From: Candidatus Bipolaricaulota bacterium
GTDB taxonomy: Bacteria > Bipolaricaulota > Bipolaricaulia > RBG-16-55-9 > DRXL01
NCBI GenBank assembly: GCA_938091745.1
Contig: CALLJK010000002.1
Span: 26,842 to 90,841 of the forward strand
Length of the DNA stretch: 64,000 nt
Direction: 5' to 3'
Notes under the pieces: model-generated
Databases searched by the model: none
Told to the model about the DNA's origin: nothing
The model's input: the letters and a program-made list of their open reading frames with translations, nothing else
Position numbers and translations under genes: made by a program
Shown here: piece by piece, positions 46,533-55,390 of the stretch
Layout of the letters: each line of letters begins with the position of its first letter
Numbering within the stretch: the first letter of the stretch is position 1

Positions 46533-49500
46533 ATGGATCGCTGGGCGCGGTGCACCGGGGAAATATCGCGAACGTGGGTGCGTAGTCTTGGAGTAATTCT
46601 GATTGTTCTCTTTACTGTTATGGTGTGGGGAGGGGGGTCAAGCCGTTGGACGGTGTGGAGCCAAGCGGGTGCTCCTGCTTTGCCGGAGCTGCATCCTATC
46701 AGTCTTGTGCTCAGCCCTGCCTCCCCAGTCGATAAGGGTTTTGCGGTGGTCGCACGCGCGAAGATCGTCAATACTGGCGGCAGCCCCGCGCCGCGCTTTG
46801 CTGTCGAATTTTTCTATAGATTGAAGAGCGACCCCACCCGCCCGTGGGTGAGCTTCCCCGACGGCAAGGGACTTGTTCTTCTGTCACAAGGGCTGAGCCC
46901 CCGTGACCAAGCGATCACTGTTGAGGGAACGCTCGACACATCGAAGGCCGAAATCGAGCCGGGAAACTACGAGATCAAAGTCTTAGTCGATTCTACCAAT
47001 CAGATCTCCGAGGAAGACGAGACAAATAACGAATTAATCGTGGGCTTGCAGATTCGCCCGTCACGGCTTAACAAGCCCGATCTCATTCCCATCGCGCTCG
47101 CGTTCGATCCGGCGTCCCCGTTGGATATTAACGGCAGGACAACAGTAACGGTGACGATTCGCAACAGCGGCCCTGTCGATGCCGGTACGTTCGATGTGCA
47201 GTATCTCTTCTGTAAGCTTCCAACGCCGCGCAGCACTTGCCCACCCGATCAGTTAGTCGAATTCGCCCGAGCAACTATCTCTGAAGGGCTGAGGGCAGGC
47301 GAGGAGCGCTCTGAAAAGTCTGAATTCCCCAACCCCCGTGACCCTCGTATGGCTCAGCTCGAGCCTGGGACGTATCTCATCCACGTGCGAGTTGACCCGG
47401 TAACTAAAGAACAACCGAATGGTGCTGTCGAGGAACAGGACGAAGCGAACAATGCTTTGACAGCATATCTCATGGTCAAAGGGCCGGAGCTTTACCCTGA
47501 AAGCCTTGTGCTCACACCAACACCAGTTCGTGCTGGTGATGAAGTGCTCGTCACGGCTCAGATCGCGAATGCTGGGACAGCCCCAGCTGAAGGGGTCCTA
47601 GTGGCGTTCTTCGTGAACGAGCGCCGTTTTGCGACCGTAACTGTACCAAAGATAGCTGAAGCTTCCAGGCAAACAGCTCAGGTCTCCTTAAAGACAGGAG
47701 AACTCTCCTTGCAGCCGGGTATTCATGAGCTGCGCGTTGTCGTAGACCCCGACGATCGTATCAGTGAACTCGATGAGTCCAATAATATTCTGACGACAGC
47801 GCTGACTTTACAGCCTCCTCTGCCCCGATTGCCGGAGCTTGCTCCAAAGAGCTTATTCGTGACGCCGGCATCGCCTATTGAGCAAGGGAAGGGCACAGTC
47901 ACCGCGGAGATCATCAACAATGGGATGAAAGTCGCCGAGGGGTTTGACGTCGAATTCTCCGTGCGCGAGGCGGGACGCCTGCGCTGGAACCCCATCCCGT
48001 GCACGGCCAACTGCACGAACAATAAGCTCAATCCCAATGCCGAGCTGACCGCGCAGGCGCAACTGCCCTCGCTCACCCCAGGGGCTTATGAAGTGCGCAT
48101 TGTTATAGACCCCCAAGGGCGCGTCGCAGAACTAGACGAGACGAACAACGAGATGGTCATCGGCTTTCGCGTGATTCTCCCGCGCCGGCCCGATCTGGCG
48201 ATCACAGCGTTCGCATTTGACCCGCCATCGCTGGCCGCGCATCGTGGGCAGCCCGTGCGCATACTCTTCACGGTCGAAAACATCGGTGACGCTCCCGCTG
48301 AAAGCTCCGAAGCGCAATGCGCGTATCGTCGTCTGGAGGACGTGACAGCTACGCCGGTCCCCTTCGCACGGGTTGCTGTGCCTCCTCTTGTGCCGGGCGG
48401 AAAGTTCGCTGCCGAGTGTCGGTTGGAGACAGGCCCGCCAGTGCGCCCAGGCTTCTATGAGCTGACAGTAACTCTTGACCCGCAGAACCGTATCGAAGAA
48501 CAGAACGAAGCCAATAATATCGTTACCAGTGGCACGGGTATTCCAGGCCAGCCAGGCCAAGGGCAAGCCTTGCTCATCTTCGGGCCGGATCTCTTCCCCG
48601 ATCGTGCTACGCTCAAAGTCAAGCGCGCGAACACTCCAGAGACCCCCGTAGCGCCGATCAGCTTGGACATCACCCAAGGCGAGATGCTCGATCTTGAAGT
48701 GACGGTCAGAAACACTGGGCAAGTCGCTGCCGGAGGCTTCGACGTCGCCTTCTGCATCCGTGAGTATTTCTCCCAGCAGCCGTGCACGGAGATCGGGACA
48801 CGATCCCGCACGACAGGCCTCGGGCTGACTGACGAATTCATCGCGAAGACCCAAGTGAGCACGGAGCCCTTCGCGCCAGGAGTCTATGAGATCGGGGTCA
48901 TCGTCGATCCGCCGACAGCGGACCAGCCCTACGGGCGCGTCGAAGAAGTCAGCGAGCTCAATAATTACATTGGTGGGCCTCGCGCCGCCCGCGGCCTCCA
49001 AGTGATCATCGTTGGGAAGCCAGATTTGACTTTCCGTGAGCCGCTGGTCTTCCAACCCAGCGGGCCCGTGCCCATCGGCACGCCCTTGGGGGTCTTCGCC
49101 GATGTACAAAACATTGGAGCCGGGCGGACGACCCGTGACTTCAAAGTAGAATTCGCTTTCCGCCGTGTGGACGATCCCGCCCAGCCTAGCCCAGAGTTTA
49201 AGGTCTTCGGCACGGCGATCATCACCGAGCTTGAGGTGGGACCGGACAAAGCCAAACAAGTCAAAGTCGAGCTGGATACGAGCAATCTCGTCCCGGGTCT
49301 TTACGAGATCCGCGTCACGCTCGACCCGGAGAACGTGATCCCAGAGCTCAATGAGACCAATAACATGCAAACAGCACGAGTGGCCATCGGCGGCGCAGTC
49401 GGGCTGGTCGACCTCGCCGTGACCAGCTTGACCCTCACGCCGAATCAGCCAACCGTATCACGCGGGCAGATCGTTCGGTTCTCCGCTGTGATTGCGAACT

Positions 49501-49763
49501 TAGGAGCTGTGCCCTCGGGGCCGTTCTCCGTCGAATTTAGCTATCGCAATCTGCTCGGCTCCTCAGGAACCGATCCGGTCTTCAGCCGCCAGACCGTGAC
49601 GAACTTAGATGGCGGTGCCCGGACGACTCTCGTCGCGCAGTTGAACACGATCTCGCTCAACCCAGGAACGTATGAGATCGCCGTGACGGTGGACCCGGAG
49701 AATCGCATCTCCGAATCAGATGAGACTAATAATCGTCTGGTGATCTTTCTCACTGTGAACTGA
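46533..49763 (+). CDS. Giant secreted/cell-surface protein with 8 tandem CARDB domains
   Basis: AAGGAGGTG RBS 6 nt before ATG 46533. Single N-terminal TM/signal segment. Eight ~130-aa repeats, each ending in a D/E-E/S/T-N-N motif (ETNNE, EANNA, ESNNI, ETNNE, EANNI, ELNNY, ETNNM, ETNNR). Confidence 0.8.
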   Translation: MDRWARCTGEISRTWVRSLGVILIVLFTVMVWGGGSSRWTVWSQAGAPALPELHPISLVLSPASPVDKGFAVVARAKIVNTGGSPAPRFAVEFFYRLKSDPTRPWVSFPDGKGLVLLSQGLSPRDQAITVEGTLDTSKAEIEPGNYEIKVLVDSTNQISEEDETNNELIVGLQIRPSRLNKPDLIPIALAFDPASPLDINGRTTVTVTIRNSGPVDAGTFDVQYLFCKLPTPRSTCPPDQLVEFARATISEGLRAGEERSEKSEFPNPRDPRMAQLEPGTYLIHVRVDPVTKEQPNGAVEEQDEANNALTAYLMVKGPELYPESLVLTPTPVRAGDEVLVTAQIANAGTAPAEGVLVAFFVNERRFATVTVPKIAEASRQTAQVSLKTGELSLQPGIHELRVVVDPDDRISELDESNNILTTALTLQPPLPRLPELAPKSLFVTPASPIEQGKGTVTAEIINNGMKVAEGFDVEFSVREAGRLRWNPIPCTANCTNNKLNPNAELTAQAQLPSLTPGAYEVRIVIDPQGRVAELDETNNEMVIGFRVILPRRPDLAITAFAFDPPSLAAHRGQPVRILFTVENIGDAPAESSEAQCAYRRLEDVTATPVPFARVAVPPLVPGGKFAAECRLETGPPVRPGFYELTVTLDPQNRIEEQNEANNIVTSGTGIPGQPGQGQALLIFGPDLFPDRATLKVKRANTPETPVAPISLDITQGEMLDLEVTVRNTGQVAAGGFDVAFCIREYFSQQPCTEIGTRSRTTGLGLTDEFIAKTQVSTEPFAPGVYEIGVIVDPPTADQPYGRVEEVSELNNYIGGPRAARGLQVIIVGKPDLTFREPLVFQPSGPVPIGTPLGVFADVQNIGAGRTTRDFKVEFAFRRVDDPAQPSPEFKVFGTAIITELEVGPDKAKQVKVELDTSNLVPGLYEIRVTLDPENVIPELNETNNMQTARVAIGGAVGLVDLAVTSLTLTPNQPTVSRGQIVRFSAVIANLGAVPSGPFSVEFSYRNLLGSSGTDPVFSRQTVTNLDGGARTTLVAQLNTISLNPGTYEIAVTVDPENRISESDETNNRLVIFLTVN

Positions 49764-49799
49764 ATGGACAAGCTCAACACAATAGAGTAAGATGAGAAC

Positions 49800-49899
49800 G
49801 GGCCTTAACCCGGTGATCGAACCGCGTCCTTCGGAGGCTGCTAAGGGAGACCCCGCCCAGGCCCTGAGGGAAGGATGCATCAGCCTGTGGTTAAGGCCC
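49800..49899 (+). ncRNA. Candidate structured 5'-UTR RNA element: 11-bp closing stem GGGCCTTAACC/GGTTAAGGCCC enclosing nested hairpins, ending 21 nt before the start codon
   Basis: Stems read directly. The closing stem is followed by TTCTCTTT, then the AAGGAGG SD and ATG 49921. No confident match to a known riboswitch class. Confidence 0.3.
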
Positions 49900-49920
49900 C
49901 TTCTCTTTCAAGGAGGACAC

Positions 49921-50493
49921 ATGAAGCGTACCCTCGTCTTTATAGTGTTTTTGGGAATCGCTGGAGGAGTGCTCGCTCAACAAGGCGGTTTCTTTCAGAA
50001 CTATCCCGGCGGCACCAGCAGATCCGTCTATAAGATCACCCAAGAGAAGTCAGTCTATCCCATTCTCTTGACCATGGAGATCCAGCCCATAACAAGCGAT
50101 ACGTTCACGGTGAAGACGACCAACGAAGTTACGGGCACCCGGACGGATCTCGAGCGCGGCGTGCTGGAGGGCTTAGCGCGTGCCCAGTTGGAAGTCAACA
50201 GCGAATCGCTTCTCGCTTTGCGCAAGTTCCTCCCGGATATTCAGCCCAATACTGTCTATGTGCTGCCCAACGGGGCACGCTTTGAGGCAGGCGAACGCGA
50301 CAAGGTCGCTGGCGTCGACGTAATCCGGGGCGTGCTGACTGATCCCAAGAAGCCCAATCAGCGTACAGTGTTGGCGCTGACGCTCAATAAAGCTGTGCCG
50401 TTTCCCCCGCTCTTGCAGATTGACGAGCGCCGTGGGCTGCTCTTTGTGACGGTGTTCACGTTAGAGTTGACAGAGTTCTCGATGCGTCCATAA
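49921..50493 (+). CDS. Hypothetical secreted protein (190 aa, signal peptide), first gene of an operon with the FtsX-type permease
   Basis: AAGGAGG RBS. Signal peptide MKRTLVFIVFLGIAGGVLAQQ. No recognisable motifs. Confidence 0.55.
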   Translation: MKRTLVFIVFLGIAGGVLAQQGGFFQNYPGGTSRSVYKITQEKSVYPILLTMEIQPITSDTFTVKTTNEVTGTRTDLERGVLEGLARAQLEVNSESLLALRKFLPDIQPNTVYVLPNGARFEAGERDKVAGVDVIRGVLTDPKKPNQRTVLALTLNKAVPFPPLLQIDERRGLLFVTVFTLELTEFSMRP

Positions 50494-50501
50494 TTATTAT
50501 A

Positions 50502-51665
50502 ATGCTGCGCGACTTGACACTTCTAGCCCTGCGGAACCTGGGAGCACGTAAGGCCCGCAGTGCCCTCACACTCATTGGGATCGCTATCGGTATGACTGCG
50601 GTCGTAGCGCTGATCTCGCTGAGCTTGGGGGCGCAGCGCGCGATCGAGCGACAATTTGCAAAACTAGGCGCTGATGTCATTCTCGTCGTGCCTGCGGGGA
50701 GCTTAGGAGAGCCACGACCAGCGCCGCTCGATCTCTCGTTGCTGAAGAATATCGCTGGGGTCAGGAGCGTTGGAGCGGTGCGGCGCGAGATCCTCCCCGT
50801 CAAGAGTGCCGCGACCCCGGGGTTTCTCACTGTCGTGGGGGTTCGATCTTTTGACGATGGTGAAAAACTCTTCGGTGGGCTGGAGCTTGCTGGAGGGCGG
50901 CTCTTTCTCTCGGGAGAAGACGAAGTTGTGCTCGGTGCGGGTGCGGCGCGCGATCTGAAAGTCGCGCTCGGTGACAGTATTACTATTCAGAATCGTGCGT
51001 TTCGCGTCGTCGGGCTCTTGAAGCCCACAAGAAACGACCAAGACGACTACGCGCTCTACTTATCGCTTGCTAAGCTAGAAGAGTTCGTAGACGAGAAGGG
51101 CTTCGTTTCAATTGTGTTTGTGCGTGCAGCGCCCGGCATAGATACGACGGCGCTCGCCCAAGAGATTCAAAAAACCCTGAGAGAATCCGTAACCGAGCGC
51201 GAGTTTCTCGTGCAGTCGTCAAAACAGCTCAGTGACTTGGTCAGCGGCGTGCTGACCGTGCTGCGCTGGACGTTGGGAGCGATTGCTGGGGTCTCTTTGC
51301 TCGTCGGAGGGATTGGGCTGACCAATACCATGCTCATGGCTATCTTAGAGCGCACGCACGAGATCGGGATTCTCAGGGCCATTGGAGCCGGACGCGAACA
51401 TATCATTATGCTCTTTCTTCTCGAATCAAGCTTACTAGGGTTACTGGGAGGGCTTATAGGCCTCATAATAGGGGGAGCCATCGCGCAATCTGTTGCCATG
51501 GCAGCACAACAATTTCTACGAACAGATCTGTTCAGTGTGGCATTCGACGGAACGCTAATAGCAGGTTCTTTAGGCTTTTCGGTCGTGTTAGGGGCGATAG
51601 CGGGGCTCTGGCCGGCGTGGCGAGCGGCACAGCTCTCCCCCATAGAAGCCTTGCGCTATGAATAA
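50502..51665 (+). CDS. ABC transporter permease, FtsX/MacB/LolE-like (4 TM, large periplasmic domain); no adjacent ATPase gene
   Basis: N-terminal TM plus three C-terminal TMs. Overall MacB-like topology. The FtsX-domain region is LLVGGIGLTNTMLMAILERTHEIGILRAIGA. Confidence 0.75.
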   Translation: MLRDLTLLALRNLGARKARSALTLIGIAIGMTAVVALISLSLGAQRAIERQFAKLGADVILVVPAGSLGEPRPAPLDLSLLKNIAGVRSVGAVRREILPVKSAATPGFLTVVGVRSFDDGEKLFGGLELAGGRLFLSGEDEVVLGAGAARDLKVALGDSITIQNRAFRVVGLLKPTRNDQDDYALYLSLAKLEEFVDEKGFVSIVFVRAAPGIDTTALAQEIQKTLRESVTEREFLVQSSKQLSDLVSGVLTVLRWTLGAIAGVSLLVGGIGLTNTMLMAILERTHEIGILRAIGAGREHIIMLFLLESSLLGLLGGLIGLIIGGAIAQSVAMAAQQFLRTDLFSVAFDGTLIAGSLGFSVVLGAIAGLWPAWRAAQLSPIEALRYE

Positions 51666-51772
51666 ATCACCCTAAGGCCAAGGACACTCGTCCCATCCCA
51701 TCAAGACAAACCCCCAGAGAGGCCTCGACAGCAGTCCTTCAGAAGCCTCTTCCCATCGCGTATAACAGAGGA

Positions 51773-51868
51773 CGCTCACCAGGCTTCGCCTGGATCGTAC
51801 ATCGTGCCGTCTGCGGCGGCACGGTGAACAGTCCAGACGAAGTCTAGGGCGAAGCCTGGAAGGGGAGG
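51773..51868. repeat. Variant palindromic element (12-bp TIR CCAGGCTTCGCC/GGCGAAGCCTGG) sharing its 5' arm with family 1. Its 3' end provides the SD (GGGGAGG) for ftsW.
   Basis: AGGCTTCGCCTGGA(T/C)CGTACATC is shared with the 29031 and 40613 copies. GGGGAGG lies 7 nt before GTG 51876. Confidence 0.65.
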
Positions 51869-51875
51869 TGCGCAC

Positions 51876-53030
51876 GTGGGCACGTCACAGCTGGTCATGG
51901 TGGTTCTCGCGCTCTCTCTGCTAGGCGTGGTCATGGTCGCCAGTGCCAGCTTGCCCATCGCTGCCCTTCGCTACGAGCAGCCCTCGTATCTTCTCGTCAA
52001 GCATCTCATCGCTCTTGCGCTGGGGCTCATCGCCTTCTGGGTCTGCTCCAAGATAGAGTATCACGTCTTTTTCAGAATAGATCATATACTTTTGCTGACA
52101 GCCCTGGGGTTGACCCTCCTGACGCTCATTCCCGGCTTGAGCGTGCGCGGCAGTTGGCTGCGCCTCCCTGGGCCCTTCCAGCTTCAGCCCACGGAGTTCT
52201 TGAAATTCGCTCTGATTATCTCGTTCGCGGCGTTCTCTGTGCGGAAAGGGGAGCGCATCAAAGCATTCTCCGAAGGGGTCTTGCCCGTGCTCATTCTCAC
52301 GACTTTTGCAGCCCTCATCGCGCTCAAGCAATCCGACTTCGCCATGGCGCTGATCTTTCTGCTCATAGCCCTCTATATGCTGTTTATTGGAGGTGCACGA
52401 CTGACCCATCTCTGCGGGGTCGTCTTGGCTGCTACGCCCGCCTTGGCTCTGTTGTTGATCACCGCTCCGTATCGCTTCGGCCGACTCTTAGCATTCTTAG
52501 ACCCGTTTAAATACAGCACGACCGAGGGCTATCAGCTCATTCAGTCGCTTACTGCTCTTGGGTCCGGAGGGATCTTCGGGCGCGGCTTGGGCGAGAGTCG
52601 AGCAAAGCTGCTCTTTCTCCCAGAACCGTATAACGATTTTATCTTTGCCATCATTGGAGAGGAGCTCGGCTTGCTCGGTGGGCTCCTCGTCCTAGGGCTC
52701 TTCGCGTATCTCTTATGGGTAGGCTATAGCATAGCATACCGCGCGCCAGATCAATTTGGGATGCTGCTCGCTTCGGGGATAACGTTCACTATTGTAACCC
52801 AAGCTGCGATCAACGTAGGTGTTGCTTCGGGGATACTGCCCGTGACGGGCTTGACGTTGCCGTTCATCAGCTATGGCGGCTCGTCGCTTGTCGTTTCGTT
52901 GGCCATGGCCGGAACTTTGCTGAACATTGCGCGAAAGGGATCAGATGAAGACGTTTCTCGTCTGTGGGGGCGGGACGGGAGGCCATCTCTATCCCGCTCT
53001 CGCTACGCTAGAAGGGTTACGGCGCACTGA
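51876..53030 (+). CDS. ftsW: Peptidoglycan glycosyltransferase FtsW (SEDS family)
   Basis: 10-TM SEDS protein heading the dcw cluster. The C-terminal tail overlaps murG by ~86 nt. Confidence 0.8.
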   Translation: MGTSQLVMVVLALSLLGVVMVASASLPIAALRYEQPSYLLVKHLIALALGLIAFWVCSKIEYHVFFRIDHILLLTALGLTLLTLIPGLSVRGSWLRLPGPFQLQPTEFLKFALIISFAAFSVRKGERIKAFSEGVLPVLILTTFAALIALKQSDFAMALIFLLIALYMLFIGGARLTHLCGVVLAATPALALLLITAPYRFGRLLAFLDPFKYSTTEGYQLIQSLTALGSGGIFGRGLGESRAKLLFLPEPYNDFIFAIIGEELGLLGGLLVLGLFAYLLWVGYSIAYRAPDQFGMLLASGITFTIVTQAAINVGVASGILPVTGLTLPFISYGGSSLVVSLAMAGTLLNIARKGSDEDVSRLWGRDGRPSLSRSRYARRVTAH

Positions 53031-54078
53031 GCCAAGCTCTCGACTCGTGTATGTAGGCAGCCGCTACGGGCTCGAGACGCACGTGCTGCCGCGATACCCT
53101 TGGATTGAATTTTATCAGCTCCCTATTCGCGGGATTGCTCGGCCGGGCCAGCGCAAACTTTGGGCGCTCTGGGCGCTCCTGGCGATCGCACAGCTTCCGA
53201 TCGCGCTCGTCAAAGCTCTCGTGATTCTCTTCAAAGTGCGTCCCACAGTAATTATCGGTTTTGGAGGATATGGGGCATTTGCCCCGCTTGCGTGGGGAAC
53301 TCTCTTGGGGATTCCGCTCTTTCTCCATGAGCAGAATCTCATTCCCGGGATGGTGACGCGACTCTTTGCCCCCTGGGCAAGAGGGGTCTTTCTCACGTAT
53401 CCCCAAACGGCCCGCTATCTGCGGGCACGGCGCGTCATCGTGACCGGACTGCCCGTCCGCCCAGAGATTCTCTCCGCTTGCCCCGCCCATAAACAGTTCG
53501 GCTTGCACTCTGAGAGAAAGACCGTCCTGGTCTTTGGGGGCAGCAGAGGATCACAAGTTCTGATAGACGTTGCGCTCGCAGCACAACAATATCTGAGTGA
53601 TGTCCAGTTTCTGATCGTTACGGGATCTCACTCTTCAGTTTCCTTCTCTCAAGGGGAGAGGTCAGTTCTCGTCCCCTATATTCACGAGATGGGCAGAGCT
53701 TTCGCAACAGCTGATGTCGTCATCTGTCGCGCTGGCGCCGCAACACTAGCAGAACTCGCGGCCGTGGGCAAGCCGGCAATAGTTGTCCCTTGGCCAGGCG
53801 CTGCAAACGATCATCAGACAGCGAACGCGAGGGCTTACGCCCATCTTGGAACTTTTTCCGTAGTCCCAGAGTCTGAACTCACCCCTCAACGGCTCGTTGA
53901 GGAGATCCAGAAAGCTCTCACCCAGAGCCCTACTTCTCGTCGCGCAGGGCATGGCGAGGGAGCACTGAACTCTATCTTGCGCGAGGTGCTTTCTGATGCG
54001 ACCAAAGAGCACGACACAGCTCCACTTTCTTGGGATCGGCGGCGACGGCATGAGTGGGTTGGCCAAAGTCTATTCTGA
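52945..54078 (+). CDS. murG: UDP-GlcNAc:undecaprenyl-PP-MurNAc-pentapeptide GlcNAc transferase
   Basis: GGGTGGHLYPALA N-terminus and GT28 C-terminal domain. Start taken at Met 52945. Confidence 0.85.
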   Translation: MKTFLVCGGGTGGHLYPALATLEGLRRTEPSSRLVYVGSRYGLETHVLPRYPWIEFYQLPIRGIARPGQRKLWALWALLAIAQLPIALVKALVILFKVRPTVIIGFGGYGAFAPLAWGTLLGIPLFLHEQNLIPGMVTRLFAPWARGVFLTYPQTARYLRARRVIVTGLPVRPEILSACPAHKQFGLHSERKTVLVFGGSRGSQVLIDVALAAQQYLSDVQFLIVTGSHSSVSFSQGERSVLVPYIHEMGRAFATADVVICRAGAATLAELAAVGKPAIVVPWPGAANDHQTANARAYAHLGTFSVVPESELTPQRLVEEIQKALTQSPTSRRAGHGEGALNSILREVLSDATKEHDTAPLSWDRRRRHEWVGQSLF

Positions 54079-55390
54079 GCTGGGATGGCGCGTCACCGGC
54101 TGCAATATCGAAGAGAACCGACGCACCCAGCAGCTCCGCGCCTTGGGCATCCCTATAGCTATTGGGCATGAGCGCGCTCATCTCCAACACGCTACCCATC
54201 TCATCGTCTCCTCAGCCATCCCTTCAGATAATGTTGAGCTGCTCGAAGCGCAGCGTCTTGGGTTGCCCATCCTCCATCGGCTCGACCTGTTAAACGAGCT
54301 TACGAAGCACCGCTACACTATTGGGATAGCAGGCACACACGGCAAGACTACCACGACAGCCATGATCGCAACACTTCTAGAGCGTGCCTGGCTCGACCCG
54401 ACGTTCGTGATTGGCGCAGCTTCCCCCACATTGGGCACCCATGCCCGTCTGGGCTTGGGACGATATCTTGTCGCTGAAATCTGCGAGAGCGACGGGCGCT
54501 TCGTGCAGATTCGTCCTAACATCGCTGTCATCACGAATATCGGGCGGGATCATCTCAATTTCTATGGGAGCGAAGCAGCTCTCTTCGAGAGCTTCACGCG
54601 CTTTGCCCGCCAAAGCGAGCTGTGCATCGCGTGTGCCGATGACCCTGGGGCACGCCGTGCTATCATCGAGCGCATTCCTACAGCGCTCACCTATAGCATC
54701 GAACGCCCCGCAGACTTAGTCGCCCACGATATAGCGTTCTCTCAATTCCATACGACATTTGAGATCTCCTGGCACGGACGCCGTACCGGGAGAGTCGAGT
54801 TGCTCCACACCCCTGGTATCCATAACGTCTACAATGCCCTCGCAGCAATGTTAGCCGGTCATACCCTGGGGCTGGACTTCGATGAGATGGCAGCACACCT
54901 GAGAGATTTTCAGCTTCCGGAGAGACGCTTCCAAGTCCTTGTCAATAACGGCATCACGATTATTGACGATTACGCGCACTTGCCCGAGCAGATCCAACGC
55001 AACCTCCAAGCGATCCGCCAGAGCTGGCATCCGCCACGGATCATCGCGCTCTTCCAGCCCCACCGTTTTACACGCACGTACTATCTGGGACAAGAATTCA
55101 GCACCGCGTTCGATCTCGCTGATAGAGTCATTCTCACTGATATCTATCCGGCGTTTGAGCGCCCTATTCCGGGGGTAGGGATCGGGCTTATTATTGAAGC
55201 TCTGAAACGCCGCCACAGAGACGTCACCTACGTGCCTCGTGGGGAAGACTTCGCCCCCCGCGTGCAGAAGCTCTTACGCCCTGGGGACTTTGTCATCGGC
55301 TTTGGCGCGGGTGATCTGGGTACAGAGCTCTCTCGTCTGGCTCAAGTCTGGAACGCCCAGAAAGGGGAAGGCCATGGAAAAGCTCTCTAA
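53996..55390 (+). CDS. murC: UDP-N-acetylmuramate--L-alanine ligase
   Basis: HFLGIGGDGMSGLA and GTHGKTTTTAM motifs. Confidence 0.88.
   Translation: MRPKSTTQLHFLGIGGDGMSGLAKVYSELGWRVTGCNIEENRRTQQLRALGIPIAIGHERAHLQHATHLIVSSAIPSDNVELLEAQRLGLPILHRLDLLNELTKHRYTIGIAGTHGKTTTTAMIATLLERAWLDPTFVIGAASPTLGTHARLGLGRYLVAEICESDGRFVQIRPNIAVITNIGRDHLNFYGSEAALFESFTRFARQSELCIACADDPGARRAIIERIPTALTYSIERPADLVAHDIAFSQFHTTFEISWHGRRTGRVELLHTPGIHNVYNALAAMLAGHTLGLDFDEMAAHLRDFQLPERRFQVLVNNGITIIDDYAHLPEQIQRNLQAIRQSWHPPRIIALFQPHRFTRTYYLGQEFSTAFDLADRVILTDIYPAFERPIPGVGIGLIIEALKRRHRDVTYVPRGEDFAPRVQKLLRPGDFVIGFGAGDLGTELSRLAQVWNAQKGEGHGKAL

Noticed and set aside
48132-49370. 412-aa minus-strand ORF antisense to the CARDB giant gene
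   Set aside because: The sense strand encodes eight clean CARDB repeats with a strong RBS. The antisense ORF is an artefact of the repetitive GC-rich sequence.
49800-49899. Assignment of the structured leader to the ZTP, fluoride or c-di-AMP riboswitch class
   Set aside because: Only partial and short similarities are present (GGTGA, CGAACCG, GGGAGACCCC). None of the defining conserved cores could be aligned, so the element was left as an unclassified candidate.
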